A DNA stretch of 64,000 bases. Origin: a virus. Lineage: Duplodnaviria > Caudoviricetes. The notes under the pieces were generated by a model, which was not told the origin of the DNA, did no database searches, and saw nothing but the letters and a program-made list of their open reading frames with translations. The DNA lies in IMG/VR virus record IMGVR_UViG_2772190736_000001, positions 26,634 through 90,633 of that record, one strand, 5' to 3'. Positions 34,220-43,454 of this stretch are shown here, in pieces. Each line of letters opens with the position of its first letter. Position 1 is the stretch's first letter. A program made the translations under genes and the position numbers.

Positions 34220-34573
34220 TCAGTCCTTGTAGCCGATCGGCCCGAGCCCGCTGTGCGCCCGGTTCAGGCCCGCGTACAGCTGCTCCGCCGCGATGCGCGC
34301 GGTCTCCAGGCCGAGCAGCGTCTCGCGCAGATCGTCCTGAAGCTGGTTCTTGTCGCTGCGCAGGTTGCCGCCCCCGTCGAGTTCGGCGATCAGCTGCTGG
34401 GCTTGGTCCAGGGCCTGGGGCAGCTTCATCGCCATCTGCGACAGGCCGGCGACGAGGCTGTAAACGTCGCCGGGGTACTCCCAGCCGTCCCGGGGGCTGC
34501 GGGTCAGGTGGTTGATGGCGCGGATCGCCTCGTCAGCGGCGTCGGCGTGCTGGGCGGGCGTCTTGTCGGTCAC
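34220..34573 (-). CDS. Hypothetical helical protein
   Basis: GGAGG RBS before GTG; EAIRAINHLT...PGDVY. Confidence 0.75.
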   Translation of the reverse strand: MTDKTPAQHADAADEAIRAINHLTRSPRDGWEYPGDVYSLVAGLSQMAMKLPQALDQAQQLIAELDGGGNLRSDKNQLQDDLRETLLGLETARIAAEQLYAGLNRAHSGLGPIGYKD

Positions 34574-34607
34574 GGGCGCGGCCTCCGTCGTTGTGCTGGG
34601 GCCGCCG

Positions 34608-34630
34608 AGTATGTCAGCGGCCACCGACAC
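34608..34630 (-). promoter_or_regulatory. RecA-NDp-type promoter
   Basis: GTGTCGGTG-N8-CATACT. Confidence 0.5.
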
Positions 34631-34666
34631 CCACGTCTGCTTTCCGCCAGGCGAGTATGACCCCTG

Positions 34667-35977
34667 CTAGCCAGATGGGTGCAGCCGCCGCAGAAGTGCG
34701 CCGTCGGTGACATGGCCGATGAGGAAGTCCGCCAGGGCCGCAGTGTCTTCGCCGGGCGGGGCGGGCACCGTCGGCACAGCCACCGCGAACCGGCGCCGAC
34801 GTTTCGGAGCGGGACCGCGTCGGCGCAGCGGCTTGCCGATGACGGTGGCGTAGAGCTTCTTCGCCTCGGCGTCGATGACGTGGATGCCCGTCTCGGCCGG
34901 GGGCGTCTGGCGGGGCTCGTCCCAGGCATCGGGGTGCGGGGCGGGGGCGTCGATATGAGGCAGGGGGTCTGTGCCGGCTACCGCAGCTCTATACGCCGCC
35001 AGCGCGGCTGCCAGGTAGGCGCGGGCGGCACGTTCAGCCAGGTCATGCAGTTCGGCGGTGTGTGTAGCGGCGAGCTCGGCCCGCTGCCGGGCGGTGTCTT
35101 GCCACAGGTGGTGTCGCGCAGCAGCCTGTTCGACGACCACAGGCGGAAGCGGTTCGGGGAGCTTCGGCGGGTCGCTGGCGGCCTCCTTCTCGGCTGCCTG
35201 GCAGGATTCGCTGGCCAGGGTCCACGCCTTGCGCAACGCGCGGTAGGTGCTGCGGTGGTCGTGGAGCAGCTCGTCCGCCTTCTTCGGCCAAGGCTCGGCC
35301 TCGGCGCCGTCGGGGTGCAGAGCGCGGACCTCGGGGTGCGCGGCAGTGTGGGCGGCGTAGTGCTCGCGGTAAAAGTCCCGGCCTCGGTCCGTGATCTGGT
35401 AACCGCAGTAGTCGGTGGTGTGCTCGGCCAACGGCGGCTGATGCTTCTCGATCAGCACGAACTCGATGGTCCTGGAGTAGCCCCACTTCAGCGCTGTTTT
35501 CCGCCGGTCAGCCGCCCATAGAAGGGCCAGGATTTCCCAGGATCTGGCGCTCAGAGCGGCTTTGGGCGCCCCGTCCGGGCGCAGGGAGAGCCCGGCGCGG
35601 GCGGCGGCGCGGCCGGCTCGGGTCAGCGTCACGGTGCGCATGACGCCGAACTGGGTGCCGTAGGCGTCCCTGGTGATGAGGTCGCGTGCGGCGAGCGCCG
35701 CGACGGTGGAACCGTTTCCCTGGTTGTGCCAACCGCGGACCGCGAGCCGGTCCTGCATCTCGGTGGTGCCGAAGATGTCCCTGAGGGATGGGTCGTGGGC
35801 GAAGTCGATGCGGCGCCAGATCGCGGCTGGCGTGTCGTCGAAGTTCCCCTTTGCCGCACGTCGCCCGCGACCGGCTTCATTCTCCTGATCGAGCTCGTAG
35901 ATGACGGCGAGAGTGCCCTGCTGGCGATCGTTCAGCTCGGTCCAGGCGGCCAACGCCTGTGACGTACGCGCTGCCAT
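34667..35977 (-). CDS. Hypothetical protein with tandem winged-helix-like domains
   Basis: 436 aa, GGAGG RBS, LTRAGR and ITDRGR wing motifs. Confidence 0.75.
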   Translation of the reverse strand: MAARTSQALAAWTELNDRQQGTLAVIYELDQENEAGRGRRAAKGNFDDTPAAIWRRIDFAHDPSLRDIFGTTEMQDRLAVRGWHNQGNGSTVAALAARDLITRDAYGTQFGVMRTVTLTRAGRAAARAGLSLRPDGAPKAALSARSWEILALLWAADRRKTALKWGYSRTIEFVLIEKHQPPLAEHTTDYCGYQITDRGRDFYREHYAAHTAAHPEVRALHPDGAEAEPWPKKADELLHDHRSTYRALRKAWTLASESCQAAEKEAASDPPKLPEPLPPVVVEQAAARHHLWQDTARQRAELAATHTAELHDLAERAARAYLAAALAAYRAAVAGTDPLPHIDAPAPHPDAWDEPRQTPPAETGIHVIDAEAKKLYATVIGKPLRRRGPAPKRRRRFAVAVPTVPAPPGEDTAALADFLIGHVTDGALLRRLHPSG

Positions 35978-36018
35978 CGTTCTGCGTCCTCCCGAGCCGG
36001 GCCCGTAGCCCCGCGGTC

Positions 36019-36041
36019 AGCGTAACGAAAGCCACCGACAC
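36019..36041 (-). promoter_or_regulatory. RecA-NDp-type promoter
   Basis: GTGTCGGTG-N8-TACGCT. Confidence 0.6.
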
Positions 36042-36081
36042 CCGTGCCCGTTCGTCAGACCCTCGTGGCAGGATCCGCCGT

Positions 36082-36262
36082 ATGAGTGAGTGGGGGATCG
36101 CCCTGATCGCCGCCGGGTCGGCCATCTTGGGCAGCATCACGACAGGGTTCTTCGCGTGGCGAGCCGGCCACCGGCAAGCCGCCGCCGCAGAAGCTGCGGG
36201 GCAGGCACAGGCGCAGGCGCTGATATCGACCGTGCAGGCCACCCTCGACGAGCAACGGCAGG
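36082..36262 (+). pseudogene. 3'-truncated TM moron gene (MSEWGIALIAAG...)
   Basis: Protein-like to ~36262, then reads the antisense of a convergent gene. Confidence 0.5.
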
Positions 36263-36569
36263 CGTCAGTGCACTCGATCATCCACCCGCCGCCCGGAATG
36301 GCAGAGACCACCGGCGTTGAATCCTCATACAGAGCCGCGAACTTCCCCATGTCTTCTGCACGCGTAAGCCCCCGCGGACCTACGACCAGGGGATGCCCGT
36401 CGTTGTCCCAGGCGATAACGGGCCGCTTGGCTGTCTGCCGGCCCTCCGCGTCCTTGTAGATGGCGTAGTGCGATCGGTCAGCGGGGATCAATCCACGCTC
36501 CTTCAAGTCGATGTGCGGAAAACGGTATGAGCGGGCGAAGGCGTCTGTCAGGCGATCCGCTGTACACAT
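36262..36569 (-). pseudogene. 3'-truncated hypothetical gene
   Basis: RPVIAWDNDG.PLV...IPGGGW, then reads the antisense of the TM gene. Confidence 0.5.
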
Positions 36570-36684
36570 AACGCGTCCCCTGGCAGCTACGGAATGGCCC
36601 GCCACCGACTGGTGAGGGCCATGCGCTGCCGCGATCAGTTGTCCTGGAGGCGCTGGCTGAACTCCTGGACGCTCCGGTCCGGGT

Positions 36685-37488
36685 TCATGCCCTGGAGGCG
36701 TCGACGTCCATGATCCGCCCAATCTGCTCGACCAGCTGGTGAGGGTGGACGATGGCGTCCTTGACGTCGAGACGGCTGCTTCCGGTCCAGCTCATGTTGC
36801 CCTCCGCGTCGGTCACGGCAGCGCCGTGACGGAGCAGGGACCATCCGCCGTCCGAGTAGTCGAAGAAGTACCGCTCGCCCGGGGCCGAGATTTCAAGGAC
36901 ACAGCCGCAGGGGTCATCTGCGTCCCCTTGATCGGCACGGCAGTCCTCCAGGTTGGTGATGGTCTTCGCCTGGTCGCCGAGCAGCGCTGCTACTGCCATC
37001 ACGGTGGCGTGGACGTCTTGGGGCGCCTGGTAGGTGCAGGGGGATGCGTCCAGAGTACGGATAGCCGGACGGAGCAGCTTGAGGTGGGCCTGGATCTCGT
37101 CTGCGGCACCGGTGAGACGGTCCAGCGCGTCGGCCAGGGTGTCCTCACCGGATACCGAGGGGGCCGGGATAGAGACATCACCGCGCGCAGCAATGTGGCG
37201 GACTGCCTGCTCGAGGAGGCGGAGGTTCTCCACCGAGCCTTGAAGGGTGGCGTTGATGGCCGAAGCGACCACCGCGGCATCCTGGGGTGTGTAGATGGCC
37301 CACTCGTGTCCCAGCGCCTTTCCCAGGCCTTCGCTGGCGATCGCGGCTGTGACGGCAAGGGCCAGGGTGTCGGCAGGCTCGTTGGCGTCGGCGGCAACCT
37401 GTTCGGCCGAGCCGGCAAGGTCGTTCACGTACCCCGATGCGTCCTTGCTGTCGCTCCAGCGGAGATGAAGGTCAGGTGCTTCGGTCAC
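36685..37488 (-). CDS. Hypothetical protein
   Basis: 267 aa, GGAGGA RBS. Confidence 0.75.
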   Translation of the reverse strand: MTEAPDLHLRWSDSKDASGYVNDLAGSAEQVAADANEPADTLALAVTAAIASEGLGKALGHEWAIYTPQDAAVVASAINATLQGSVENLRLLEQAVRHIAARGDVSIPAPSVSGEDTLADALDRLTGAADEIQAHLKLLRPAIRTLDASPCTYQAPQDVHATVMAVAALLGDQAKTITNLEDCRADQGDADDPCGCVLEISAPGERYFFDYSDGGWSLLRHGAAVTDAEGNMSWTGSSRLDVKDAIVHPHQLVEQIGRIMDVDASRA

Positions 37489-37584
37489 GGTGGCGTCCTC
37501 CGGTGAGGTTCAGGCAGGCCCGGCGCATGCAGCGCCTGGCGGGACATCGGGAAGCTGGAACCATCTTCGCGGGCTAGGTGAGGC

Positions 37585-37616
37585 GGTGGGTGGGATCCGG
37601 CCGGATCCCACCCACC
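37585..37616. repeat. Perfect 32-bp palindrome (terminator or protein site) after rep
   Basis: GGTGGGTGGGATCCGG|CCGGATCCCACCCACC. Confidence 0.75.
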
Positions 37617-37622
37617 AGACGG

Positions 37623-39077
37623 TCAGAACGGCGCCGGACCCTGGCTGCTGAAGGCTGCGAGGTCGGGGTACTGCTGGGCAAACTCGGCGCGAAGCCGGGC
37701 GTCCTCCTCCGCAACCTTGCGGCGACGCTCCCTCTCGAGAGCCTCACGCGCGGCAGCTTCCTCGTCGAACTCCGCGGCAAGCCCCGCGCCAGCGGCAGCC
37801 TGCTCGGCCGCGTATGCCTCCTCGGCCTCCCACTGGGCAGCGAGCACGGCACCGGCGGCCTCGGTCTCCTGCTGCTCCTGGCACTCCCAGCAGACGGTGG
37901 AGCCGTCCTTGGGGAGCGGGTTGCGGCAGGCGCACTCTGGCATCGGCTGGCGCGGGCCCGGAACGGCCGGACGTTCCTCCGGGGCGGCAGGGGTGGCCTT
38001 CGCCGGTTCGCGGTCGGCGCGGTGGTCCTGCGCGCGGGTCACGCACGCGGTGCACGGCTGGTTGGTGTGGATGTCGACGCGGTCGTCGCAGGCGAGGTTC
38101 CCGCACTCGGCAGTGTCCTTCAGCATCGCTACCAGCGGCCCGAACGGCGCCCGCGGGGACCGGCCAGCATCCCGCTCGGCCTTCCACGCGGGAAGCAGCT
38201 GCCCAGCCCAGTAGCCGTTCCACCGCGGCAGCACCCGGTGCTCGACGAGCTGCTGCACGGTCCGCTCCCGCGGCTGTCCGGTGGCGAGCGCGGTCACAAT
38301 TGCCTGGGAGACGTTCGGGGGTGTCTTGTCGCCGAGAGCGATGTCGAGCTCCCGGGGCAGGAGGTCCCGGAAGGCCTGCACCTGCTCCCGCTGCTGCTTC
38401 GAGAACCGGGGCTTGCTTGTCGCGGGTGCGGCGGAGCCGCCCTCCCTCGGCCCCTTACTACCTGTAGAGGCCTGACGGCATCCAGGGGCGCTACGCGCCG
38501 AAGGCGCAGGTCCAGCAGGCGTCGTACCAAAAGAAGGAACCAGAGGGAGGTCGCGTTCTGGCAGGTCAGGTGCCGGTTCCGGGTCGGAATTCGAACCCCC
38601 TGGGTCGGAATTCCGACCCGACGGGTCGGAATTCCGACCCGCCTCCTGGCTCACCAGGAACGCGAGCTTCACCTCCGCGTTCCGCCACCCCTGGTAGCCA
38701 TCCTTCGGCCTGTCGTTGATGCGGATCCGGATCGGCCGATGCGCTGCCGCGGCCCTGGAGGACGTCTTCAACGGCTCGCCATCAGGGGTCGACACGAGGC
38801 CCACCCTGGAAAGGTTGTCGAGGATCCCCCTCACCCGGGTCAGGCTGCTGGGCTTGCCCTTGGTGCCGCTGGGGATCAGACCGCACAGAGTTGCCAGCGT
38901 CAGCTTGCGGACGGGGTTCTTGAACTTGTCCACCACCAGCGCGCGCAGGATCGCGTAGCCGCGGACGTCCGGGTCCCGGAGGTCGTCACACAGGCCGATC
39001 CAGTCGTGCATGCGGGTGGTGTACCAGCCGCCGTCGTCGGGCCCGTACAGCTCGACGAGGGTGTCCTTCTCGTTCAC
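37623..39077 (-). CDS. Replication initiator-like protein (N-terminal wHTH, internal iterons, Zn fingers)
   Basis: 484 aa; lambda O-like layout; GRNSDP repeats; Cys clusters; ends PF. Confidence 0.7.
   Translation of the reverse strand: MNEKDTLVELYGPDDGGWYTTRMHDWIGLCDDLRDPDVRGYAILRALVVDKFKNPVRKLTLATLCGLIPSGTKGKPSSLTRVRGILDNLSRVGLVSTPDGEPLKTSSRAAAAHRPIRIRINDRPKDGYQGWRNAEVKLAFLVSQEAGRNSDPSGRNSDPGGSNSDPEPAPDLPERDLPLVPSFGTTPAGPAPSARSAPGCRQASTGSKGPREGGSAAPATSKPRFSKQQREQVQAFRDLLPRELDIALGDKTPPNVSQAIVTALATGQPRERTVQQLVEHRVLPRWNGYWAGQLLPAWKAERDAGRSPRAPFGPLVAMLKDTAECGNLACDDRVDIHTNQPCTACVTRAQDHRADREPAKATPAAPEERPAVPGPRQPMPECACRNPLPKDGSTVCWECQEQQETEAAGAVLAAQWEAEEAYAAEQAAAGAGLAAEFDEEAAAREALERERRRKVAEEDARLRAEFAQQYPDLAAFSSQGPAPF
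38581..38640. repeat. Three palindromic 18-bp iterons at 21-bp period (putative origin)
   Basis: GGGTCGGAATTCCGACCC at 38602 and 38623; variant GGGTCGGAATTCGAACCC at 38581. Confidence 0.75.
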
Positions 39078-39254
39078 CGCGCTCCTCCGACCGTGACGGA
39101 AGTGGTGGGGGTAACGCTTCGCTGGGTGTAGATCCCGGGTACGCTCATCACGAGCGACCTCCTTGAAGGGTGGGACGTTCGAGTGCAGCGGGCGACCACC
39201 CGCTGTGGTGCTTCGAAGGCCGGCTGAGCTGCGAACTCGCCGGCCTTCGGCATG

Positions 39255-39530
39255 TCAGCCATCGGACTGGTTGTAGACCGTCCGGAAAAACTCCAGGAAC
39301 GGCTCCGTGGCCATGATCAGGGCGTTGTTGGCCCGGCCGTACGGATGCGGCTTGTCAGGTCCGAACGGCCACTGCTCGGCGTACCTGTCCGAGGTGGCGA
39401 TGTGGCGGACACCCTCTCGGGTGATGCTGCCGACAATCTTCAGGCGCACCAGCAGCTCGGCGCCGGACGTGAAGGTGACAGCTGGGGGCAGACGACTGTC
39501 GTCGGTGCGTTCGGGGTTCCGGGGGCTCAT
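39255..39530 (-). CDS. Small DNA-binding protein (Xis/Cro-like)
   Basis: 91 aa, F.SGAELL.....ITREGVRHIA HTH, WPFG. Confidence 0.65.
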   Translation of the reverse strand: MSPRNPERTDDSRLPPAVTFTSGAELLVRLKIVGSITREGVRHIATSDRYAEQWPFGPDKPHPYGRANNALIMATEPFLEFFRTVYNQSDG

Positions 39531-39553
39531 CGGGACCCCCGGCGGGACGTTCC

Positions 39554-39572
39554 ACTTCGCGTAGCGCGAAGT
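39554..39572. promoter_or_regulatory. Inverted repeat, candidate operator
   Basis: ACTTCGCG-TAG-CGCGAAGT upstream of the HTH/rep operon. Confidence 0.45.
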
Positions 39573-39723
39573 ACACTCATGGCGGATCTCCTAGCGGGGA
39601 TTCAGTAGCCGCGGAAGTCTTCGCAGGACAGCGGCTATAAGAAGGGCGGTCGGCCGGTTGGGAAGCCGGTCGGCCGTCTTGCACGTTCTTGGTCGTCTAC
39701 GGGCCCATCACGTCACTCCCCTC

Positions 39724-40929
39724 TCACGCGGCCAGCGCGTTGATCGCAGCCACGGTCTCGGCGGCAGTCCGATTTCCGGCATACCGGGGCGCACTGAGCA
39801 TTCCCGCCAGCCGGTCAGCTCGCTTCACAATCCACGAGATCTGCTCCTCCTCGGGCAACGAGAGGATCGGCCGGATGGCATCGGCTGCGCCCTCTACGTC
39901 GTCGAGCTGAACGCGCGCCGTCGCCAGGTAGATGTGCGCCAGGCGCTCGTCGTCGAGCGACCGCTCGGCCTCGGGTCCGGTGCGCCACAGCTCGATCGCT
40001 GTGATCGCCTCCCTCTCCGCACGCTCGGCGTCGTGTCCGCCCTGGAGCCAGATCAGTGACGAGCCGGCGTAGTAGGACTGCTTCGCCCTTGAGAACCCGA
40101 AGAGTCCGTGGAGGGAGTCCGGGCGCCGGATCCGCTCGCGCGCGGCCTCCGCCTCGTCGAGCGCGCTGTTCGCCGCCCGGGAGTTGCCGAGGTTCGCCAG
40201 GCACTGGGCCTCGCCGCACCTCAGTCGGGCCTCACCCGTGCCGTGGCCGGAGCCGACCCACTGGTATCCGTCCTGGATGTGTTCCAGGGCCCGCCCGTAG
40301 TCCCCCTGGAACCGGGAGATGAGTGACCTGGTCCCGGCCACCCACGCGGCGAGCTCGGAGTCACCGGCGAACTCGGCGCAGCGGCCTGCGGCAGTCGCGT
40401 GCTCGTGCGCCTCCTCCGCGTCCCCGAGGTCGAGCAGCGCGTACGCGAGGACGCCGGACAGTCTGCCCGCGGCAACGTACAGGTCAGCACGGTCACCGGG
40501 CCTGAAGTGTCCGGAACGCAGCCGTTCGAACGCTTCGCCCCGCAACGCGTGTGCCCGGTTCATCATCGGAGCCGGCGGGTTGCCGAGGTAGTCGAACGCC
40601 GTCGCCTCGACACCTTCCTGGAGCTCCGAGATGTCCAGGTCGGCCAGTGCTGTCAGATCCCTGGACATCGCGAGCGCTGCCGCCCGGGTGCGATGCGCGG
40701 CCGCAGCCGCGCGCCGTTCGGCATCTTCGCGTTGCCACAGGGCGACCAGCTTGCCGTTCGCGCCGAGCACGTCGTCGGCACGGACGGCCACTTCCAGCGG
40801 GGCCAGCCTGCGGCCGGTCTCGAAGGAGTGCAGAGAGGTGCGGTCGTAGTGGATGTGCTGGGCAAGGCCGGCGAGCGACCATCCTGCCTCCATGCGTAGC
40901 TGCCGGAGGCGTTCCGAGAACGTGGTCAT
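39724..40929 (-). CDS. XRE-family HTH regulator with TPR-like C-terminal domain
   Basis: LRQLR...GWSL..LA..IHYD...L..FETGRR HTH plus Ala-rich helical repeats; GGAGG RBS. Confidence 0.85.
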   Translation of the reverse strand: MTTFSERLRQLRMEAGWSLAGLAQHIHYDRTSLHSFETGRRLAPLEVAVRADDVLGANGKLVALWQREDAERRAAAAAHRTRAAALAMSRDLTALADLDISELQEGVEATAFDYLGNPPAPMMNRAHALRGEAFERLRSGHFRPGDRADLYVAAGRLSGVLAYALLDLGDAEEAHEHATAAGRCAEFAGDSELAAWVAGTRSLISRFQGDYGRALEHIQDGYQWVGSGHGTGEARLRCGEAQCLANLGNSRAANSALDEAEAARERIRRPDSLHGLFGFSRAKQSYYAGSSLIWLQGGHDAERAEREAITAIELWRTGPEAERSLDDERLAHIYLATARVQLDDVEGAADAIRPILSLPEEEQISWIVKRADRLAGMLSAPRYAGNRTAAETVAAINALAA

Positions 40930-41005
40930 GCGCTGAGTGTTCCTCCTTCCAGGTGACGTCGACAGGAGTCGTTGCGGCTTATGACCGCGATGCCGGTTCC
41001 TGAGC

Positions 41006-41039
41006 TGTTGTCAGATTCCGGCGGGCCCGGGTGACAACA
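41006..41039. promoter_or_regulatory. Inverted repeat upstream of XRE-TPR gene
   Basis: TGTTGTCA-N18-TGACAACA. Confidence 0.45.
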
Positions 41040-41090
41040 ACACCTTGCGTCGTTGCGGCAGTTGGCGGTGGTGCGATGAGAGCAAGCCGA

Positions 41091-41363
41091 TCACTCGCCC
41101 TCGGAGGTACCCGTGCCGTCCGCTCTTCGTTGCTCCAGGTCCGTCCGCCGGCCCGGCTTCAGAACCCTTGTGTCGAAGTACTCGTCGATCCGGTCCTGCG
41201 GATACTTCGCGCGCGTCGTTCCGGGCACCACCACGGGGGTCGGGAACTCGGGGTCGGTCTTGGCGATGCGGTGCACGCGCTGCCGACTGAGTCCCCGGTG
41301 CTCCGCAATCTCCGGGATGGTCATCAACCTCGGCTCCTCCTTCTCTCTCTCGTTGTCGGCCAT
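41091..41363 (-). CDS. AlpA/Xis-like HTH regulator
   Basis: LMTIPEIAEHRGLSRQRVH...DPEFP.P...PGRRTDL. Confidence 0.8.
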   Translation of the reverse strand: MADNEREKEEPRLMTIPEIAEHRGLSRQRVHRIAKTDPEFPTPVVVPGTTRAKYPQDRIDEYFDTRVLKPGRRTDLEQRRADGTGTSEGE

Positions 41364-41392
41364 GCGGTCCCCTTCAGTATGGCCCAACCCTG

Positions 41393-41421
41393 TTGACAAA
41401 GTCCACCAGGTGTTGGAGTCT
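41393..41421 (+). promoter_or_regulatory. Sigma70-type promoter of the rightward transfer operon
   Basis: TTGACA-N17-GAGTCT. Confidence 0.55.
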
Positions 41422-41550
41422 TGTATCAGCAAAACGACACGACCCCGGGCCAGCAAAAGCCGGACCGGGGTCGCATGTCCCGAGTGGTGTTCCACCACCA
41501 CTCGGGGACGAAGAACCGTCCTACCTGCCACAACAGGAGGTCGATCCGCT

Positions 41551-41874
41551 ATGAGGATCGCATACGTACGCTCGTCCGGGCACTCCACCCTCACGACAAA
41601 GTCCACGCAGTTCGACACCACCGACTCTCTCGCCGAGGCCCTTCGCCGGATGAGGCGTGACGACGAGCTGGTCACGCAGCCGGCCCGTCGGACGCTCGCC
41701 GCGATGGCGCCGGGCTTCGTCCGGCCGCCGGTGCTCCAGCTCGCCCCGAACGTCCGGTTCCTGCCGACGACCGCGAACGACGAGAAGTGCGTCGTCTGCG
41801 AGAAGTGGTTCTGCGACGGGAACTGCGGGTTCGCCCCGGTGCCGTCCGGCGCGGCGCTGAAGGTGGCGGCGTGA
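41551..41874 (+). CDS. Hypothetical protein with C-terminal Cys cluster
   Basis: AGGAGG RBS; CVVCEKWFC...C. Confidence 0.65.
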   Translation: MRIAYVRSSGHSTLTTKSTQFDTTDSLAEALRRMRRDDELVTQPARRTLAAMAPGFVRPPVLQLAPNVRFLPTTANDEKCVVCEKWFCDGNCGFAPVPSGAALKVAA

Positions 41875-42053
41875 TGGCGGGGATCGAGTACGACGAGCTG
41901 GACCCGCTGCTGATCGCGGCGATCGAGGACATGTTCGCGGGCCTGGACCCGACGTCTTTCCTCGACGACGTCCTCGACGGCAACAACCCGCAGGCGTCGG
42001 TCGCCGCGTACGAGGACATGGTGCTCGGCGACTGGGACGGGGAGCAGCGGTGA
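41874..42053 (+). CDS. Small acidic protein
   Basis: TGATG coupling. Confidence 0.6.
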   Translation: MAGIEYDELDPLLIAAIEDMFAGLDPTSFLDDVLDGNNPQASVAAYEDMVLGDWDGEQR

Positions 42054-42469
42054 ACGACTACCCCTCGATCCACGTCCCCGGTGAGATGGCGCCGATCCCG
42101 TCCCGTACCAACCCGGTCCCGCCGCTCGACGACGAGCTCGACGGAGTCCTCGCGGACCTGGCCGGGATCCACCCGGGGATCGACTTCATCCGTGACGGGA
42201 TCCGGCTCCTGGCGCTGGACCGGCTGAACGCCGACCGGACGCAGACGATCCTCTCCACGATCGCCGGCGCCGACGCGAACCTGCTGGCCGCGTTCGGTCT
42301 CCTTGCGCAGCGCCTGACGAACCCCACCTCGAACCCGGCTCTCGATGACCTCGACGCCGAGACGGCGAAGGACGTGCAGCGGCTCGGGGAGCGGTTCGCG
42401 TACGACCTGGCCGAGCTCGCCCCGGGTGACCTGTTGTCCGAGGCGGCCGCCCGTATCGACGGCATCTAG
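42050..42469 (+). CDS. Hypothetical protein
   Basis: 139 aa, GTGA coupling. Confidence 0.75.
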   Translation: MNDYPSIHVPGEMAPIPSRTNPVPPLDDELDGVLADLAGIHPGIDFIRDGIRLLALDRLNADRTQTILSTIAGADANLLAAFGLLAQRLTNPTSNPALDDLDAETAKDVQRLGERFAYDLAELAPGDLLSEAAARIDGI

Positions 42470-42499
42470 CACCGCCCCACCCTTCTGGGGCCCGGCGTA

Positions 42500-42793
42500 C
42501 GGCCGGGCCCCTCCCCCTCCACATCCCTGAAGGAGCCCATCGTGTCCGACTCCCGTCAGCAGGCCATCGAGAACGCCGCCCGCGAGGTCATCGCCCACGA
42601 CGGACCGAACGCCCGCACCGACCCGCACCAGGTCCTCAACGCCATGAACGCCGCCCGCGAGCTCGGCGCCACCGAGCGGGACATCACCGACGAGATGAAG
42701 CGCCAGCGGACCGTCTGACCACCCACCGCGAGGGTCCCAGGTACCGCCCGCCGGGGCCCTCCCCCTCCACACCCCTGAAGGAGCCCCGTCGTG
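42500..42793 (+). repeat. Repeated intergenic leader (two ~45-bp copies; partial third at ~43437-43457)
   Basis: CCCTCCCCCTCCACA(T/C)CCCTGAAGGAGCCC...CGTG before consecutive small genes. Confidence 0.7.
42542..42718 (+). CDS. Small 58-aa protein (MSDSRQQAIEN...)
   Basis: AAGGAG RBS, GC3-biased codons; below ORF-track cutoff. Confidence 0.7.
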   Translation: MSDSRQQAIENAAREVIAHDGPNARTDPHQVLNAMNAARELGATERDITDEMKRQRTV

Positions 42794-43099
42794 CCGAAGA
42801 CCGCCCCGATCACCGCAGACAGCCTGATCGCGAAGTACGCGAGCGACGTTGCGTTCGCCGCCGATAGGACGCCGGCCACCACCGTCGCCGACTTCGTCGA
42901 CCAGCTCCACTTCGCCCACCGCAACCTCACCCACTTCGCCGGAATCAGCCTCGCCGACGAGCTCGACACCGCCGTCATCTACCTGAACGACGCCGAGCAG
43001 GTCACCGACGCCACCGAGAAGCAGGTCCTGCTCAACAAGGCCGCGGCCTACATGCGGGAGATCCCCGACGCGGTCGACGAGTACCGGCTCATGGTCTGA
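42791..43099 (+). CDS. Hypothetical protein
   Basis: AAGGAG RBS, 102 aa. Confidence 0.75.
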   Translation: MPKTAPITADSLIAKYASDVAFAADRTPATTVADFVDQLHFAHRNLTHFAGISLADELDTAVIYLNDAEQVTDATEKQVLLNKAAAYMREIPDAVDEYRLMV

Positions 43100-43191
43100 G
43101 CAGTTCCGCGACCACCCTCCCCACGGGGTCCGGCCCGGGAGCCGACAACGGGCCGGACCCCCACCCACTCCCATCTGAAAGGACCTGCCCC

Positions 43192-43431
43192 ATGGCCCGC
43201 TACAGCGACCAGTACTCCGTCAAGTACACCGGCCCGATCAGCAGCGACTCCGTCACCGCTCGCTGCCCCAGGTGCCACGCGACCCGCGGCCTGACCGTGT
43301 ACGGCCGCCTCGGACAGGCCGGCCGCCTGAAGTGTGAGCGCGGCCACCACTTCGACTACCCGCCCGGCATCGACGCCGTGACCAGTCTCGCCCTGGCCGC
43401 CCGCGACTTCCACGCCGGCCGCACCCGCTAG
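43192..43431 (+). CDS. Small Zn-ribbon protein
   Basis: CPRC...C..GH; AAAGGA RBS. Confidence 0.7.
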   Translation: MARYSDQYSVKYTGPISSDSVTARCPRCHATRGLTVYGRLGQAGRLKCERGHHFDYPPGIDAVTSLALAARDFHAGRTR

Positions 43432-43454
43432 CCACACACCCGAAGGAGCCCGTC

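Noticed and set aside
39697-39723. Tiny ORF (GTG ATG GGC CCG TAG) after the XRE-TPR gene as an arbitrium-like peptide
   Set aside because: Four codons with no signal peptide.
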